A stretch of 64,000 nucleotides of DNA. Source: Felis catus. Taxonomy: Eukaryota. Positions within the stretch are counted from its first letter, which is position 1; the number at the start of each line of letters is the position of its first letter. A program made the translations under genes and the position numbers. Positions 39,761 to 52,095 of this stretch are shown piece by piece. The DNA is taken from NCBI RefSeq assembly GCF_018350175.1, contig NC_058374.1, positions 132,866,001 to 132,930,000 on the forward strand, read 5' to 3'. Below the pieces are notes generated by a model. It saw only the letters and a list, made by a program, of their open reading frames with translations, did no database searches and had not been told where the DNA came from.

Positions 39761-41099
39761 CCAAAAAGTTTTTCATAAGGATTACCTCTTCCCCACTTCA
39801 CAGATGTGGGAACCATGACTTAGGGAGGTTGAGTAACATCCCCCGCTACCAGGTGGATTCAAATCCAGGCAGTCTGACTCCACAGAATGTTTTTAAACGG
39901 TATGGCTCCGTAATTCCTTGTAGGAAGGATTATAGGGGGACCCCGGACACTTGTCTTAAACTGGGAGTTCAGAGAAAGCGTGTGTGGGTGCTAAGGTGGT
40001 GTGCCACAGATCACAAACGTGGAGGCTTTGTTAAGATAACACCCATTGTCCACGTGGATCATCCCTGGTGGCTTTGGGAAGGAGCTGGAGGAGAGTGGGG
40101 AGCCTACAGCCATTGCCAAAGGCCCCCACATGAGGACAGCTGTCACCTGTGACCCCTGCTCTATGCCTCACTTCAGCTTTGTGACCTTACAGTTTTTAAA
40201 TCCGAGACGGGAAATAAGAATCTATGACTACAAGTGCTTCCTTCTATCTACCCCCAACAGTATCTTACGCTTTGTATGACTGGGCAGCTGCCCCAGCCTG
40301 GGGCATGTGGGGTGGGACAGGAGGGGGACACGGAGAGTTGAGAGGAGGTGAGAGAGACCACAGCCCTGGAAGTGACCCAGCCACCTTGTCACATCCAGTG
40401 CCAGTGAGATCCTCTGTCCTTGGAGACAGTGACCCACTCCCCCATTTGACTGAAGGGAAACCTTTCCCTGGGGTGCCCTGAAGGGCAGTGCAGACTAAAG
40501 GCTTAAGGCCAGGATGCTGGGCTATGCCCCTTCCCAGGCCCCTGTAGCTAAAGACTCCTCAAACCACAAAAGACAGGGATGGGGTGGGCAGCAAAGGCCC
40601 CTGTAGAGTCTGTAGGCTCAGACCAGGGACCATGCTCGGACTTTGCCCTCCTTCACTCTTTGCTGTGCTCCAGCCATAAGGGCCTTCCTGCATCTTTCTG
40701 CTAAGCTCATGCCTCCCTCAGGCCCTTTGCACTTGCTGTAAACTCTGCCTGCAAGATTTTTCCAGAGCTCCTTCCCTCTCTCATGCAGGTCTCATATGTC
40801 ATCCCAGAGGCCTTCCAAGAGGACTCTGCAAATGTCCCAGCCCCTCTGCCTTAACTGTTATTTTCCATGACCCTACCTATTTCCTATTCCCCAACTACAG
40901 TGTAAGTTCTCCGATGGCAGAGATCTTGCTGTCTTGTTCATTTCTGTATTTCCAGGACCCATGACAGTGCCTGGCACGTAATAATGATTACTGCTAATAG
41001 TCACTGAGAGTTCTGACGCTTGGCACTGAGAGCTTTGCGGTTATTGGCTCATAATCCTCATTAGGAGCTGTGAGGAGGATCTGATGATCATGCCTTTTT

Positions 41100-41325
41100 A
41101 ATTTATTTTTTTAATTTTTTTTTTAACGTTTATTTATTTTTGAGACAGAGAGAGACAGATCATGAACGGGGGAGGGTCAGAGAGAGGGAGACACAGAATC
41201 TGAAACAGGCCCCAGGCTCCGAGCTGTCAGCACAGAGCCCGACGCGGGGCTCGAACTCACAGACCGCGAGATCATGACCTTGCCCGAAGCCGGCCGCTCA
41301 ACCGACTGAGCTACCCAGGCGCCCC
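41100..41325 (-). mobile_element. Feliform Can-SINE with 13-bp TSD (one mismatch)
   Basis: atcatgccttttt at 41087 and atcgtgccttttt at 41327. Confidence 0.93.
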
Positions 41326-41802
41326 AATCGTGCCTTTTTTAATGAGGTGAGGCTGCAGGTGGATGCTGGTCCAGGGGCAGCTGGTATAGACAATGACTGA
41401 GGCCTGTACAGATAGGCCACGTGGGGTCTCAGTGCTAGAGGGACCCACACGGAGGGGTGCGGGGCAGGGGGCGGAATTGAGGCCGAATCTAGCCCCAGGG
41501 CTGGGCTCTACCGTGGTGCGGTGGGGGTGGGGTGCTCCTGGTTCAGCTCCAAGCCCTCTGCTGCCTGTACCGAGGCAGGAGCCACTCAGCTCTCGGCATT
41601 GCCACCTGTTTCGCCCCTAGGATGAGGCCGCAAGTGCTGGAGATCAGGGAACGGCCTTCGTGTTTCTCTGCAACTATTCACGAGCCCCCACCGTGGGCTA
41701 GACGTTGTCCTGGATGCCGAGGATTCAGTGGTGAGGAAAACAGACCCAAGTCTCTGCTCTCGTTCTGGTGAGGGAGACCGCCAGTAAGGATAAAACACCT
41801 AG

Positions 41803-41900
41803 TGGCACCTGGCTGGCTCAGTCGGTGGGGCATGCGACTCTTGATCTCAGGGTTTTAAGTTTGAACTCCACACTGGGTGTAGAAATTACTTAAAATCTTA
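41803..41900 (+). mobile_element. Short-type Can-SINE
   Basis: ggcacctggctggctcagtcggtggggcatgcgactcttgatctcaggg...gggtgtagaaattacttaaaat. Confidence 0.8.
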
Positions 41901-44847
41901 AAGTGAGACATGTGACGCTAGATGGCCGTGGGGCAGGCTGAGTACTCAGGTCGGGGGATCTGCCCGTAAGATGGGTGTTTAGGGAGGCAAAGCTGGCAGG
42001 AGATGAGGGAGGGAGTGAGGGACCCAGGGGGTCGGGGGGGAGGGCTGCCTGCAGCGGGGGACAGGCACAGGGTACAGGGCCTAGTAGCCCTGACGGGACT
42101 TGAGAGTCTCCTCTGTGTGACCTGGGGAGTCCCTGCAGCAGGAGTGATACACTGGTTGCCATTTCAAGAGGTCCCTCTGATGGCCTGAGAGTGGCAGGTG
42201 GGCAGGAAAAGAGGAGGGGGCTGGGGTCAGTACGGGTGAGAGAGGAGAGCTGGTCAGGGCCTGGATAGATTCTGAAGCTCAAGGTAGTCAGCCTCCGACG
42301 AGGGGTGTGAGAGAGGGGACTAAATGGCAGCTGAGCAACTGGAAGGGTGGTTTCCGTTTCCCGAGACAGAGAAAACCAGGGGAGGAGCAGGGTTTTCATT
42401 TCAGCCCCTGGATGCTGGCAGAGGACGTGTTCAGCCTCGGCGCGCCTCTTTGACATGCAGGTGGGGACGGTGGGGAGACTTAGAGGGCCGGAGACCAGGA
42501 GGGAGTCCAGCTGGAGACAGAAAGCCTCCCTCCCACCCCCAGTAGCGGCCCTAGGAGGCAGCACACCCGCACCGGGCACCACACGGCGAGGGGAAGGTGG
42601 CTCAGTCTGGTGGGAGGACGGCAGGTGGATGCTTACACGGGGTAGACAGTGACAGCTCCAGGACCAGGACTGTGTGAGGCTGGGTGACCTCAGTGGAAGG
42701 AGCAGGGACTCTTGGGTGGGAGGTCACAGCAGGCTGCCTGGAGGGATGGGTGTCTGTCCTGGCCTTCAAAGGATTGGAAAATTGTGGATGTAGATGGGAA
42801 GGCACCCCAAGAAAGCCGGCCCAGCAAACTCACGAATGGGCCCATGATAGTAGTGCCACAGTCCCACCTCCCTCTCCAAGAGGGCTCCCTGCCCCGGCTC
42901 TGCCAGAGGAAGTCCCCTGATGGGGACCCACCCGGCTCCTGCTGAACCCAGCCCTCTGTCCTCACAAGCTCCGGGCAGGCCTGTGGCTGGGCCCTAGCGA
43001 GGCTCCACGTGGCAGTCCTGCCCCACTCCCACCTGGCCCCTGGGCCAACCCTTCCAGTCATCAAGGAGCAGGAAGTGTGGACGGGGCTCAAACAGCCTAC
43101 CCCACTGTGGAAACCACAGGTAGCCTTGGCTGGGGCCCTCCCCCTGGTCACGTGAGTTCCTGCAACTTTGCTCAGCCTGGTCCCCCTAAACCACGCGAGA
43201 CACAATTGCTTCCAGGCGCTTTGTATCTGCTCACAATGTCTCAACTGGGGAAGGCCTCCTCCTCTGGGTCTGCAGTCCTGGTGGGAATGTGGCAACTCAG
43301 CGTCCTCTTGTTTGAGCCCTGTCCCTTCCTTTTCCAGCTGATGTCAGCCACCGGGTCCTGGAGCTGCACCCCCCCCATCGGTGACTTCTGCACGCACACC
43401 CGCCCCCCCCCCCCAACCCACGGTGGCACATCCTCGCTTCCCCAGTGCCTCTACCAGCCTCTCCTGGGCCCTCTGCCACCTCCTGACCACTGGTACCAAA
43501 ACTGGCCAGGGTGACCGTTAGATCCCAGAGTCCTCTCCTGACCTGCTGGCCCAGAATCTCAGCGGTGAGCACTAGCTTGGTCACTCAGGAGCACGGACAC
43601 CCACCTCACTAGGGCCACGTGGCCCAGGTGAAACAACTGCCGGAAAGCCCACGGGCAGAGAAGCAGCAGAACCCCGGCTCTCGTGCCTGCAAAGTCCCTG
43701 CCGTAGAGCCAGGCCAGTCGCTCGATACCTGGAAACTGGAAACAGGGCACCCGAGGGTGCCTGTGGAACAGTGGGTGTGTCCTTGTCAGCTCCTCTTCCC
43801 AGGGAGCGTGAGCACGTGAGTGCTTGCACAGCTGAGCCAGCTTCTTGCCGAGCTGCTGAAAAGATGAAGGGAGGGGGTCTGCAAGGGTATCCAAGTTCGT
43901 CTCCCTCTCTCCACATAGGGGTCATTAAAGCTCAGCAGGCAGGAGTGAGAATTTGAATACCCGTCTTCCCCTTCTTTGAAACCAGCTCATTTGAGGAAAA
44001 GTGGGTTGATAAGGGTTTGGAGTAACGGCACCCTCCTCTCTGGGCCTCCTGGGTGGATGGTCTGCTTCCTGCTGCTGGGATGAAGGCCACCTGCACACAG
44101 GACAGGCTCCAGCTCTGCTTCAGGCAGGTCTGCAGGCCCCCTTCTGTCCCCAGGTAGGATGGAAAGCCAGTTAACAACCAAGAACAGACCCCCGGGGCAT
44201 GTGTGTGGGGTGTGGAACCCTCTCTCCTCTGGACAGAACCTACTTTGGGTTGGCAGACTGTGGGTCCCCAGCTGGCCCAGCCACAGGGGGCCTCCTGAAG
44301 TCCTCTGCTGGACGTGACCTCTGGGGCCCTGTTTGTAGGGCGGAGAGTCAGATGGAGCTGCCCAGGGCATCCAGGGCCCTCTTCCCCACGAGGCCCGCAA
44401 CCCCTCCACGGAGAGGCTCCTGGACTTCCAGGACTGGTCTCCTCCACCCTGAAGACCCAGCTGGTCGGTACATCCACTCATTCATGCTCAGTCAACACGC
44501 ATGCGCCTGCCAGGAACGGTCCCCAGCCTGCCCTTTCATGGTGGTGTGGACCCAGCCCCATCTTCCCGCTTGGGCACAGACCTCAGTGTGATGCTCTGTT
44601 TCTTGAGCTCACCTTCTGAGTTGCCCCCCAAAAGAGCACAAGCCTTGGGCAACAGGGCAGCTGCACTCCCACTGCCCGAAACCCCGAGTCAGCTGCTATG
44701 GGTGCTACTTTTTCTCAAGGGCTCCCTTGTCAGCTGTGGCTGCCACCTTCAGGGGAGGGGGCTCCTCTTGGGCACATCAGCAGATGCTGGGTGAGTTGCT
44801 CTCCGCTGCGGGGGAGGGGGCACCTGCACTGGGGCTGGACTGCAGAA

Positions 44848-45028
44848 CTTTTTGAAAAATTTATTTGAGAGAGAGAGAGAGTGGGGGAGAGGGGCAGAGG
44901 GAGAGAGACTCTTAAGCAGGCTCCCCATGCTCAGCACGCAGCCCAACACGGGGCTCAATCCCATGACCCTGGGATCATGACCTGAGCTGAGATCAAGAGT
45001 CAGAAGCTCAAGAGACTGAGCCACCCCT
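44848..45028 (-). mobile_element. Can-SINE just 3' of RPS19BP1
   Basis: Reverse-complement SINE body with (GA)n. Confidence 0.88.
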
Positions 45029-45162
45029 GCGGCCCCGGACTGGAGGGCTTGTGACCCGGAGCTCTAAGAACCATGGGAGATGGGGACAGGCCCCTTGGTG
45101 ACAGAAGACTGGGAGACACCACCCGAGGCAGATCAGCAGCACACACGGCTCTCAGGTCCCCG

Positions 45163-45168
45163 TTTATT
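45163..45168 (-). terminator. RPS19BP1 polyadenylation signal
   Basis: tttatt on + (AATAAA on -), ~370 nt past the stop. Confidence 0.75.
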
Positions 45169-45535
45169 AGAGCCCGGAAGCCTGCCCAGCAGCCCTCCTG
45201 CTACTCCTAGAGGTGTGGTCCTGGGGGCCTAGTGACTGGCTTCTCCAGAGCAAACAGCCCAGAGGCCCTCCTCGGGCCAAAGCAAAGGAAACAGTCAGAC
45301 ATGTTATCTGGCAGGTAGACGGCCCCCTCCTGCAGAAGTCAGCTGTGCTCTGAGTGCGTATCCTCCCCAGGGCTTCCAGCTCACCGTCTCCTTTCTAGCC
45401 ACCCTGCCCTGGCTCTAGCCCCCAGGCTTCATTGTGCCAGGCCGGCGGCTTGGCAGGGTCCTGGGGCCAGCAGAGGCTGTGAGGTCAGAGGAGGAGACGG
45501 GCTGAGTGCCTTTCCCGCTGCGTCCTCCTGGGAGC

Positions 45536-45670
45536 CTAGCTGCCGAAGTATTCCTGCTGGAACTTCTGGAAGTCTTCCTCAGTGAACACGGTGCCCTCAG
45601 CCTTCTTCTTCTTCTTCGTCTTGGCCACAGGTCGGTCACAGGCCTTGCGGCCCCGGTTCTGGCGCACAAT
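45536..45670 (-). CDS. RPS19BP1: RPS19BP1 (AROS) exon 4
   Basis: [44 protein letters not shown]; acceptor AG at 45671-45672. Confidence 0.95.
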   Translation of the reverse strand: MVRQNRGRKACDRPVAKTKKKKKAEGTVFTEEDFQKFQQEYFGS

Positions 45671-45976
45671 CTAGGAATGTGGGGGAGTCAGGATCCCCGG
45701 GTGGTGACTCTTGGCGCATGAGGGACTGCCCCTTGGAGCCGCACAGCCTGGTACAGCTGACCAAGTGCCTTGCTCTCAACGGGCTCTCACGCTGTCCTGG
45801 GAGGCGGGGCACACCACTTCCACTTACAGAGAAGCAAACTGGGGCCCACGAGGGGGACAGGGGAGTAAGGCCAGGCCCAGCCTCCCAGCAGCCCTGCTCT
45901 GCTCCGCGCTCCGGGCAGGGACTCCCATGGCTCTCCTCGCCCAGGTTCCTCCCCGCGGCCCACCCCTCTGACAAAC

Positions 45977-46074
45977 CTGCTGGGTGACTGACTCAGCCAC
46001 TGTGCTTCTTGCACTGGTCATAAACTTCAGGTTTACTCCGAGGTAGCTTTGACACTCTCGCTTCTGGAACTCAG
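45977..46074 (-). CDS. RPS19BP1: RPS19BP1 exon 3
   Basis: (A)[32 protein letters not shown]; 98 nt with AG/GT boundaries. Confidence 0.94.
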
Positions 46075-47961
46075 CTGTGGAGGGCAGGCGGACAGGAATC
46101 ATTTCTGATGTACTCCCTTGGGGGCCTCGGGGTCCCCTCCTGATATCTCCTCCCCACCCCCTGTACCAGCCATACCAGAGGCCCTGTGTCCCCTCCCTAG
46201 GTTACCCCAACATCCCGGGCTCTCCACACAGATCCCACTGGAAGCCCCCCACTGGCTCCCAGATGCTCAAGTGACTTGTTCAACAAATAAGGCCCGAGCA
46301 TTTACTGTGTATCAGACACTGTTCTAGGTGCAGGGCATACAGCAGAAAACAGAACGGAACTCCTGCCCTCGTGGAGCTTACGTTCCAGAGCGAAGAGACA
46401 CGGTACACAAGGTAAACGGTATTTTAGAGCGGGATACGCATCATGAAGAAAAACAGCACAGTAAAGACAAATGAGAAATGCCAAGGGTGGAGGACCGGGA
46501 TTCTAAATAGGAGGGTCTCGGCAGGCCTCACTGAAGTGACGTTTTAGCAAATGCTGGAGGCAGAGTGTATGGACATCTGGGGAAGAGCATTCTAGGTAGA
46601 GGGAACAGGCCGCGCGAAGAACCCGAAGAAGTGTGGTCCATGTGTTCGGAGCACAGAAAATGGCTGGCGTGGGGAGCAGGACACGAAGCTGGAGAGGGGG
46701 CAGACCACGCGGGACCTCACTGGGCACCAAGTCTGATGGAAGCCACCAGAGGGTGAGGGGCAGAGGACAGACAGGTCCGACTTACATCACAGGATCACTC
46801 TGGCCACTGTGCCGAGAACAAGATTACTGGGTGCGGTGGTGGTGGGGAGGGGGGATGGACGTTAAGAGGTGGTTGAAATAACCCAGGCGAGAGACGACGC
46901 AGCTCACACCAAGGTGGCCGTCACAGAGGTTCTTTAGCTTGGTCACTGAGGCTCGAGAGTCCCCTCATCATCAGTTATGCACAGTGACAGGTTGGGGGGA
47001 CAAGGGCTGGGATAAATAAAGGAGGTGACCTCTGGCACCCTACACGCCTCTTTCACACCAACATCGGTGGCGCTCAAACGCGGCTCACTTTCCTGCCTCC
47101 ACGCTTTTGTGCATGCGGTTTCCTGCTTGGAATTCACAGCTCTGTCAACAATCACTTGAACATCTTTTATATACCGGGCCCCAGGGGTTCAAAGACACAC
47201 TAGGAACTCACCAAGCCCTGCCACAGATCAGAATACCCCACCATCCAGCCCACGCCCGTCCCTCCCCACGTCTGTTCGTCTCCTTAAGGGGAATCGTATC
47301 CCCCAGGATCCTCTACTACAAACTAGGCTCTGTTCTTGGTGTCTCCCTCTTCCTCCATCCTCCTTGCAGCCAATTCACCACTGAAGCTCATCAATGCTCC
47401 CCCCCCCCCCCCAACTGTCCCTGCACCATCGCAGTTGCCCAGGCCACACTGCCTCCCTCTGAACCGAGTAGGGGAGAGCAAATCTCTGGAGACCCACTGC
47501 CTGGTTACTACCTGTACCATCTGGACAGGTGTCTGTTTCTGCATCTGAACACTGGGGTAACGACAGTACTGACCTCACAGGGTTGTGCAAGGAATCAAGC
47601 GAGCGAACGTTTATTTATACAGGGTTTAGAACAGCACCAGGCCCACAGAATATTAACTGTTTTGTTAGGCGCTCCCACCTCTGACCCTTGTTCACAATGT
47701 CATTACCAGACTTCTTTCTTGAAAATTCTCAAAGTAACTAACTTCCTCCAAACTCCGCATGAGCGATTTTCTCTAGAGCACTCTTCCCCCCTCGCCTCGC
47801 TCTTACACTCTCCGGGAAGATGCGTTTCGTTCCTCTCCGTATTCCCAGGATCCCGCCCCGCGCCCGGCGCACACCAGGTGTTCCAGAAATGCCTGGCGAA
47901 ACTTTCAAGCTCGGCCTCAAGCGCTTCCTCCTCCAGGGTGCCGCCCCCCTCCCGAGCTCAC

Positions 47962-48090
47962 CAAGCGCAGACTTGGGCACCTTTCCCTTGGCCGAGTTCC
48001 GCAGTTTCTGGGCTTGGGTAGCCTTCGCTTTCCGGGTCCGCTTCACCGGAGCCCCGCTCGGCTTGGCCTGGCCTGGCGCGGCCTGGGGGG
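47962..48090 (-). CDS. RPS19BP1: RPS19BP1 exon 2
   Basis: (A)[42 protein letters not shown]; 129 nt; ctgcag| acceptor and |gtgag donor. Confidence 0.95.
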
Positions 48091-48275
48091 CTGCAGGGGA
48101 AGAGGGAGAGGCATGCACCCGGGTCGGAGGGCGCGCAGGGTTTCCATCGCACCGGGGCCAAGCCTGGCTGGGATCGTTCCGTACCCTCGGGGATCCAGCC
48201 CGCCGGCCCCGCCGCCCCCGCCGCCCCCGCCGCCCCTCCGCCCGCGCTGCACGGCCCCGGCCGGACCCTCCTCAC

Positions 48276-48327
48276 CCTCTGGCGCCCCCAGCAGCTCTAG
48301 GCCCCGCCGCAGCAGGGCCGCGGACAT
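48276..48327 (-). CDS. RPS19BP1: RPS19BP1 exon 1 coding part; total 137 aa
   Basis: MSAALLRRGLELLGAPE, donor |gtgag; 52+129+98+135 = 414 nt. Confidence 0.96.
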
Positions 48328-49292
48328 AGCTACACTCAGCTCCGCCCACACGCTCACACTACTTCCGCCTTGGCCTCCCTGAGCTTCTCCGCGGAAACTC
48401 GAGCGAGAACAGAGGTTCCGGGGTGGGCGGGCGGAAGTGCCCGCCTGCCTTAGGACGCATGCGTTAGGGGTTGCCACTTTACTACTGAGAGGAAATAGGG
48501 GCGGGAACCGGAGGCGGGGCCGACTTGCAGAAGGACGCATTTGTTGTCCAATCCCAATCCAACCATCCCTTTGCGCACAAGGCCACGCCTCCTCCCAGAA
48601 GCCGTCCTAAACCAGCCCAGGCTGGTTGGTCCAGCCTCCCGCGTCCTGTAGCTCCGTGGTGGGTGAGGTCCGGGGCGGAGCGGAGTGTTCCGACTATATT
48701 TTTTCTGAAAAAGGAAAAGTGTGCAAGGGGAGTATTTTTCAGGTACTTCAACCAAAGCAGCATATCTGCCAGGTCGAGTATGGCATGAAAAACTGTCTTC
48801 CATTAAGTCAGACGTTAAAAGACATTTGCAAATATGCAAAACCGTATCAGTGTTTTCCCGCGATTTTGTTTTGCTTTGGAAAATACGACTGTTTTCCTTA
48901 GAAATATTTACTTAACATAAAGCAGTGAAAAAGAGCATTTCTGACAACGTCACTGGGCCAAGGGTCCCCCACGTCCTTTTATTTGTAACATGTAATGAGT
49001 TTGCTCTTGTTTTTTTAAAACAATTTATTTACTAAATTGTAAAAATTAAAAATTTCTCAGTTTTAGTTTCTAATATGATAACTATCAATAGGTATTTACA
49101 CATGGAAAAGCTGTTTGGGATCCTGATTTTTGTTTGTTTGTTTGTTTGTTTGTTTGTTTTAACAGCAGGCAAAAGTTTAATAAAGTATAAGACCAGAATA
49201 GTAGGAAAGCTCTCTTTACAGAGAGGGGACGTTTGAAAGAGAATACCCCTGGGATCCTGAAATTGTTTAAGAGTGTTAAAGACTTCCTGCGA

Positions 49293-49765
49293 CCAGGGTA
49301 CCCGTGTGGCTCAGCCGGTTAAGCCTCCAACTCCTGGTTCATGGGATGGAACCTGGTTCGTGGGATCAAGCCATGTGGGGCTCTGTGCTGAGAGCGTGGA
49401 GTCTGTTTGGGAGTCTCCTCTGTGCCCCTCCNNNNNNNNNNNNNNNNNNNNNNNNNNNNNNNNNNNNNNNNNNNNNNNNNNNNNNNNNNNNNNNNNNNNN
49501 NNNNNNNNNNNNNNNNNNNNNNNNNNNNNNNNNNNNNNNNNNNNNNNNNNNNNNNNNNNNNNNNNNNNNNNNNNNNNNNNNNNNNNNNNNNNNNNNNNNN
49601 NNNNNNNNNNNNNNNNNNNAGAGAGGAGGCGACACAGAATTCGACGCAGGCTCCAGGCTGTGAGTGGTCAGCACAGAGCCTGATGCAGGACTCGAACTCA
49701 TGAATCATGAGATCGTGACCGGAGCTGAAATTGGATGTTTAACCGACTGAGCCACCCAGGCGCCC
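49293..49765. mobile_element. Tail-to-tail inverted pair of Can-SINEs around an N gap
   Basis: Sense SINE 49293-49431 and antisense SINE 49620-49765. Confidence 0.85.
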
Positions 49766-49799
49766 CAAGATGTTACTCTTCTTACAGTGCCTGTTCACA

Positions 49800-50941
49800 G
49801 CTCCATCTGGGGTGGCTGCGACTAGGTAGCTCCCTGGGTCCCTTTGGTTCCGCATCAGCAGGTGAGCTGAGCAGCAGCGAGCCCAGCACCCCCGCTCAGA
49901 CTCCACTGGCAGCACCCATCATCCCCACACCGGCTCTCACCTCTCCTGGAGCAGTACCCCCACTGCCTTCCCCCTCTGAGGAGGAGGAGGAGGGGCTGAG
50001 GGCCCCGGTGCGGGACCTGGAGGAGAAACTGGAGACCCCGTGGTTGAAACAGGCGGAAGACAAGGCAAAGCTAAAAGAGCTGGAGACACATAAGATCCAG
50101 CTGGAGCAGGTGCAGGAATGGAAGAGCGAAATGCAGGAGCAGCAGGCGGTCCTCCAGGAGGCACGGAAGGAAGCCAAGGAGGCACGGGAGGCGAAGGGAC
50201 GTTACTTCGATGAGCCGGCCGACCCTGCTGATGCCATCGAGGTGGCCACTGTGGACAAGGAGATGGCTGGAGCGGGCTGAGTCCCCGCAGCGGGAGGTGG
50301 AGGCATTGAAAGAACTTGTGGACGAGCTCAGCACGGACTTCGAGATCCTCAAGGCTGAGATTGAAGAGAAGGGCTCGGACGGGGCAGCGTCCAGTTACCA
50401 GCTCAAGCAGTTTGCGGGGCAGAACGCCCGCCTGAAGGGTGCCCTGGCGAGGGATCTTTCTTCCTCGGTGAAGCAGGAGCACGTGAAACTCCAGAAGCTC
50501 GTGGAAAAGAAGAACCAAGAGCTGGAAGCTGTGAGTCACCGGCGGGAGTGTCTGCAGGAGGAGCTGAGCCAGGCAGAGAGCACCAGCGATGAGCTCAGGG
50601 AGCACGCGGATGCTGCTCTGGGTGCCGAGGACGTGGTGGAGATGTTAACAGACCGGAACCTGAGTCTAGAAGAGAAAGGGCGAGAGTTGAGAGAGGCCGT
50701 GGGGGACTTGGAAGCGACGAACGAGATGATGCACGCCAGACAGAACCGGAGCTGCGGGGGCAGCTGGACGTGGTGGGCGCGGGTTCGGGAAGCCCAGGAG
50801 CATGAAGAGGCAGCCCGGGAGTTACTGTTGCAAACCATCGAGAAGTACCGCCAGCTGACCCGCCCACCTTCGGGACGTGAGTCGGGAACCGACAAACCGG
50901 CAAGAAGCATCTGTGGGGAGGCAGCAGCAGCTGCGCCCGGA
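49800..50941 (+). pseudogene. DCTN1: Processed DCTN1 (p150Glued) pseudogene, internal coiled-coil-1 fragment with frameshifts
   Basis: [43 protein letters not shown]...[20 protein letters not shown]...[12 protein letters not shown] match DCTN1 without introns. Frameshift at KEMA (~50270), further indels near 50740-50780, short in-frame deletions. Confidence 0.95.
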
Positions 50942-52076
50942 GCCGTACTAGCCCAGTACCTGGCATGCAGAAGGCACTCAGTAAATGAGTGAATTTGGTT
51001 TGAGGGCCTTTCGTATGCCCTGTGCTGTTGCGTGGGGGATGGAGGTGACTTCGCTGGACCTTTCTGGATGCACCTCTCTGTCTAACCTCCATCAGCCAGT
51101 CCTGGAGGGAGAGAACATCTAAACGGATGTTAATGGCAGCAGACACTATGTCAAGGTGCTGTTCTAAGCGCTTTACCTTTAACTCCTTTCCCTCCCACTG
51201 CCCACGACTGACTCTGTGGTAGGAGCAACTGTTTCCCCTGTTTTACAGGTGAGGAAACAGTGGCACAAAGGGGCCGCAGAAGCTGTCCAGGTCACACGTG
51301 TTGATGTCTGAGCTGGGAATCAAGATTCGGAGCCTGGCCTGAGTGTGTGCCACAACCCTGCACCAGCCACCCAGGGGAGTAAGTGCTGTGGTGCTGGGGG
51401 CGGGGGGGGGGGTGGATTTGGGGGGGGGTGGCTGATGAGCCCACAGGATCAAGAAGCCTCTGGAGAAGGGGAGCTATTCATGTGGGAGGGGGGAGTCCCA
51501 GGCAGGAGGACCCCTTAGGGTACATTCTCTGGGACAGGAGTGCCCCCAGAGGAGTGACCGGGGAAGGGTGGTCTAATTGACATCAGACTCCATGAATTTG
51601 CCTTAAGGACCGTGGGGGGTCATGGAGCCCAGTTACACTGTCAGACAGGCTCGCTCTTTTCTGTTTCTAAAATAGGTAGGTTGTTTTCTTATGTTTGTGT
51701 TTGTTGTCTGTTTCCCCACCTATGCCCCGCAGTAAGCTCCACAAGGGCAGGAATCTTTGTTTTGTTCATGGTTATGGCTCTAGCTCCTGGAACATACAGT
51801 AAGCACTCCATAAATGAACCAATCAGATGGATGAGGGTTGAGTGTGGGACGCCTGTGGGAGGCTAGGTAGAGATGAGTAGATGATTGCGGGATGTGTGAG
51901 TCTGTCTCTCAGGAGGGCGAAGAACCAAGCTCTGTCGTATTCCTTTCTTCCTCCCAATCTGGGACAGTCAGCACACGGGTGTATTCCAATGTCCCAGCGA
52001 ACAGGGGCGCTACAGGCCGGTGGTTTCCTATAGCGCCCTCGGTTCAGCGGGCTCTGGAGGGGCCAGACGGCCTCTT

Positions 52077-52095
52077 TGGCCACTAGGTGGCGCCG
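52077..52095 (+). promoter_or_regulatory. CTCF binding motif
   Basis: TGGCCACTAGGTGGCGCCG fits the CTCF core consensus CCASYAGRKGGCRS. Confidence 0.8.

Larger units (their letters stand above)
47750..48720 (-). promoter_or_regulatory. RPS19BP1 CpG-island promoter
   Basis: CpG-dense; ETS ggaagt motifs on both strands; GC boxes; NRF1-like palindrome ACGCATGCGT 48455-48464. Confidence 0.85.

Noticed and set aside
47107-48021. 304-aa + strand ORF antisense to RPS19BP1
   Set aside because: No recognisable domain; it runs through intron, repeat-like and CpG-island sequence.
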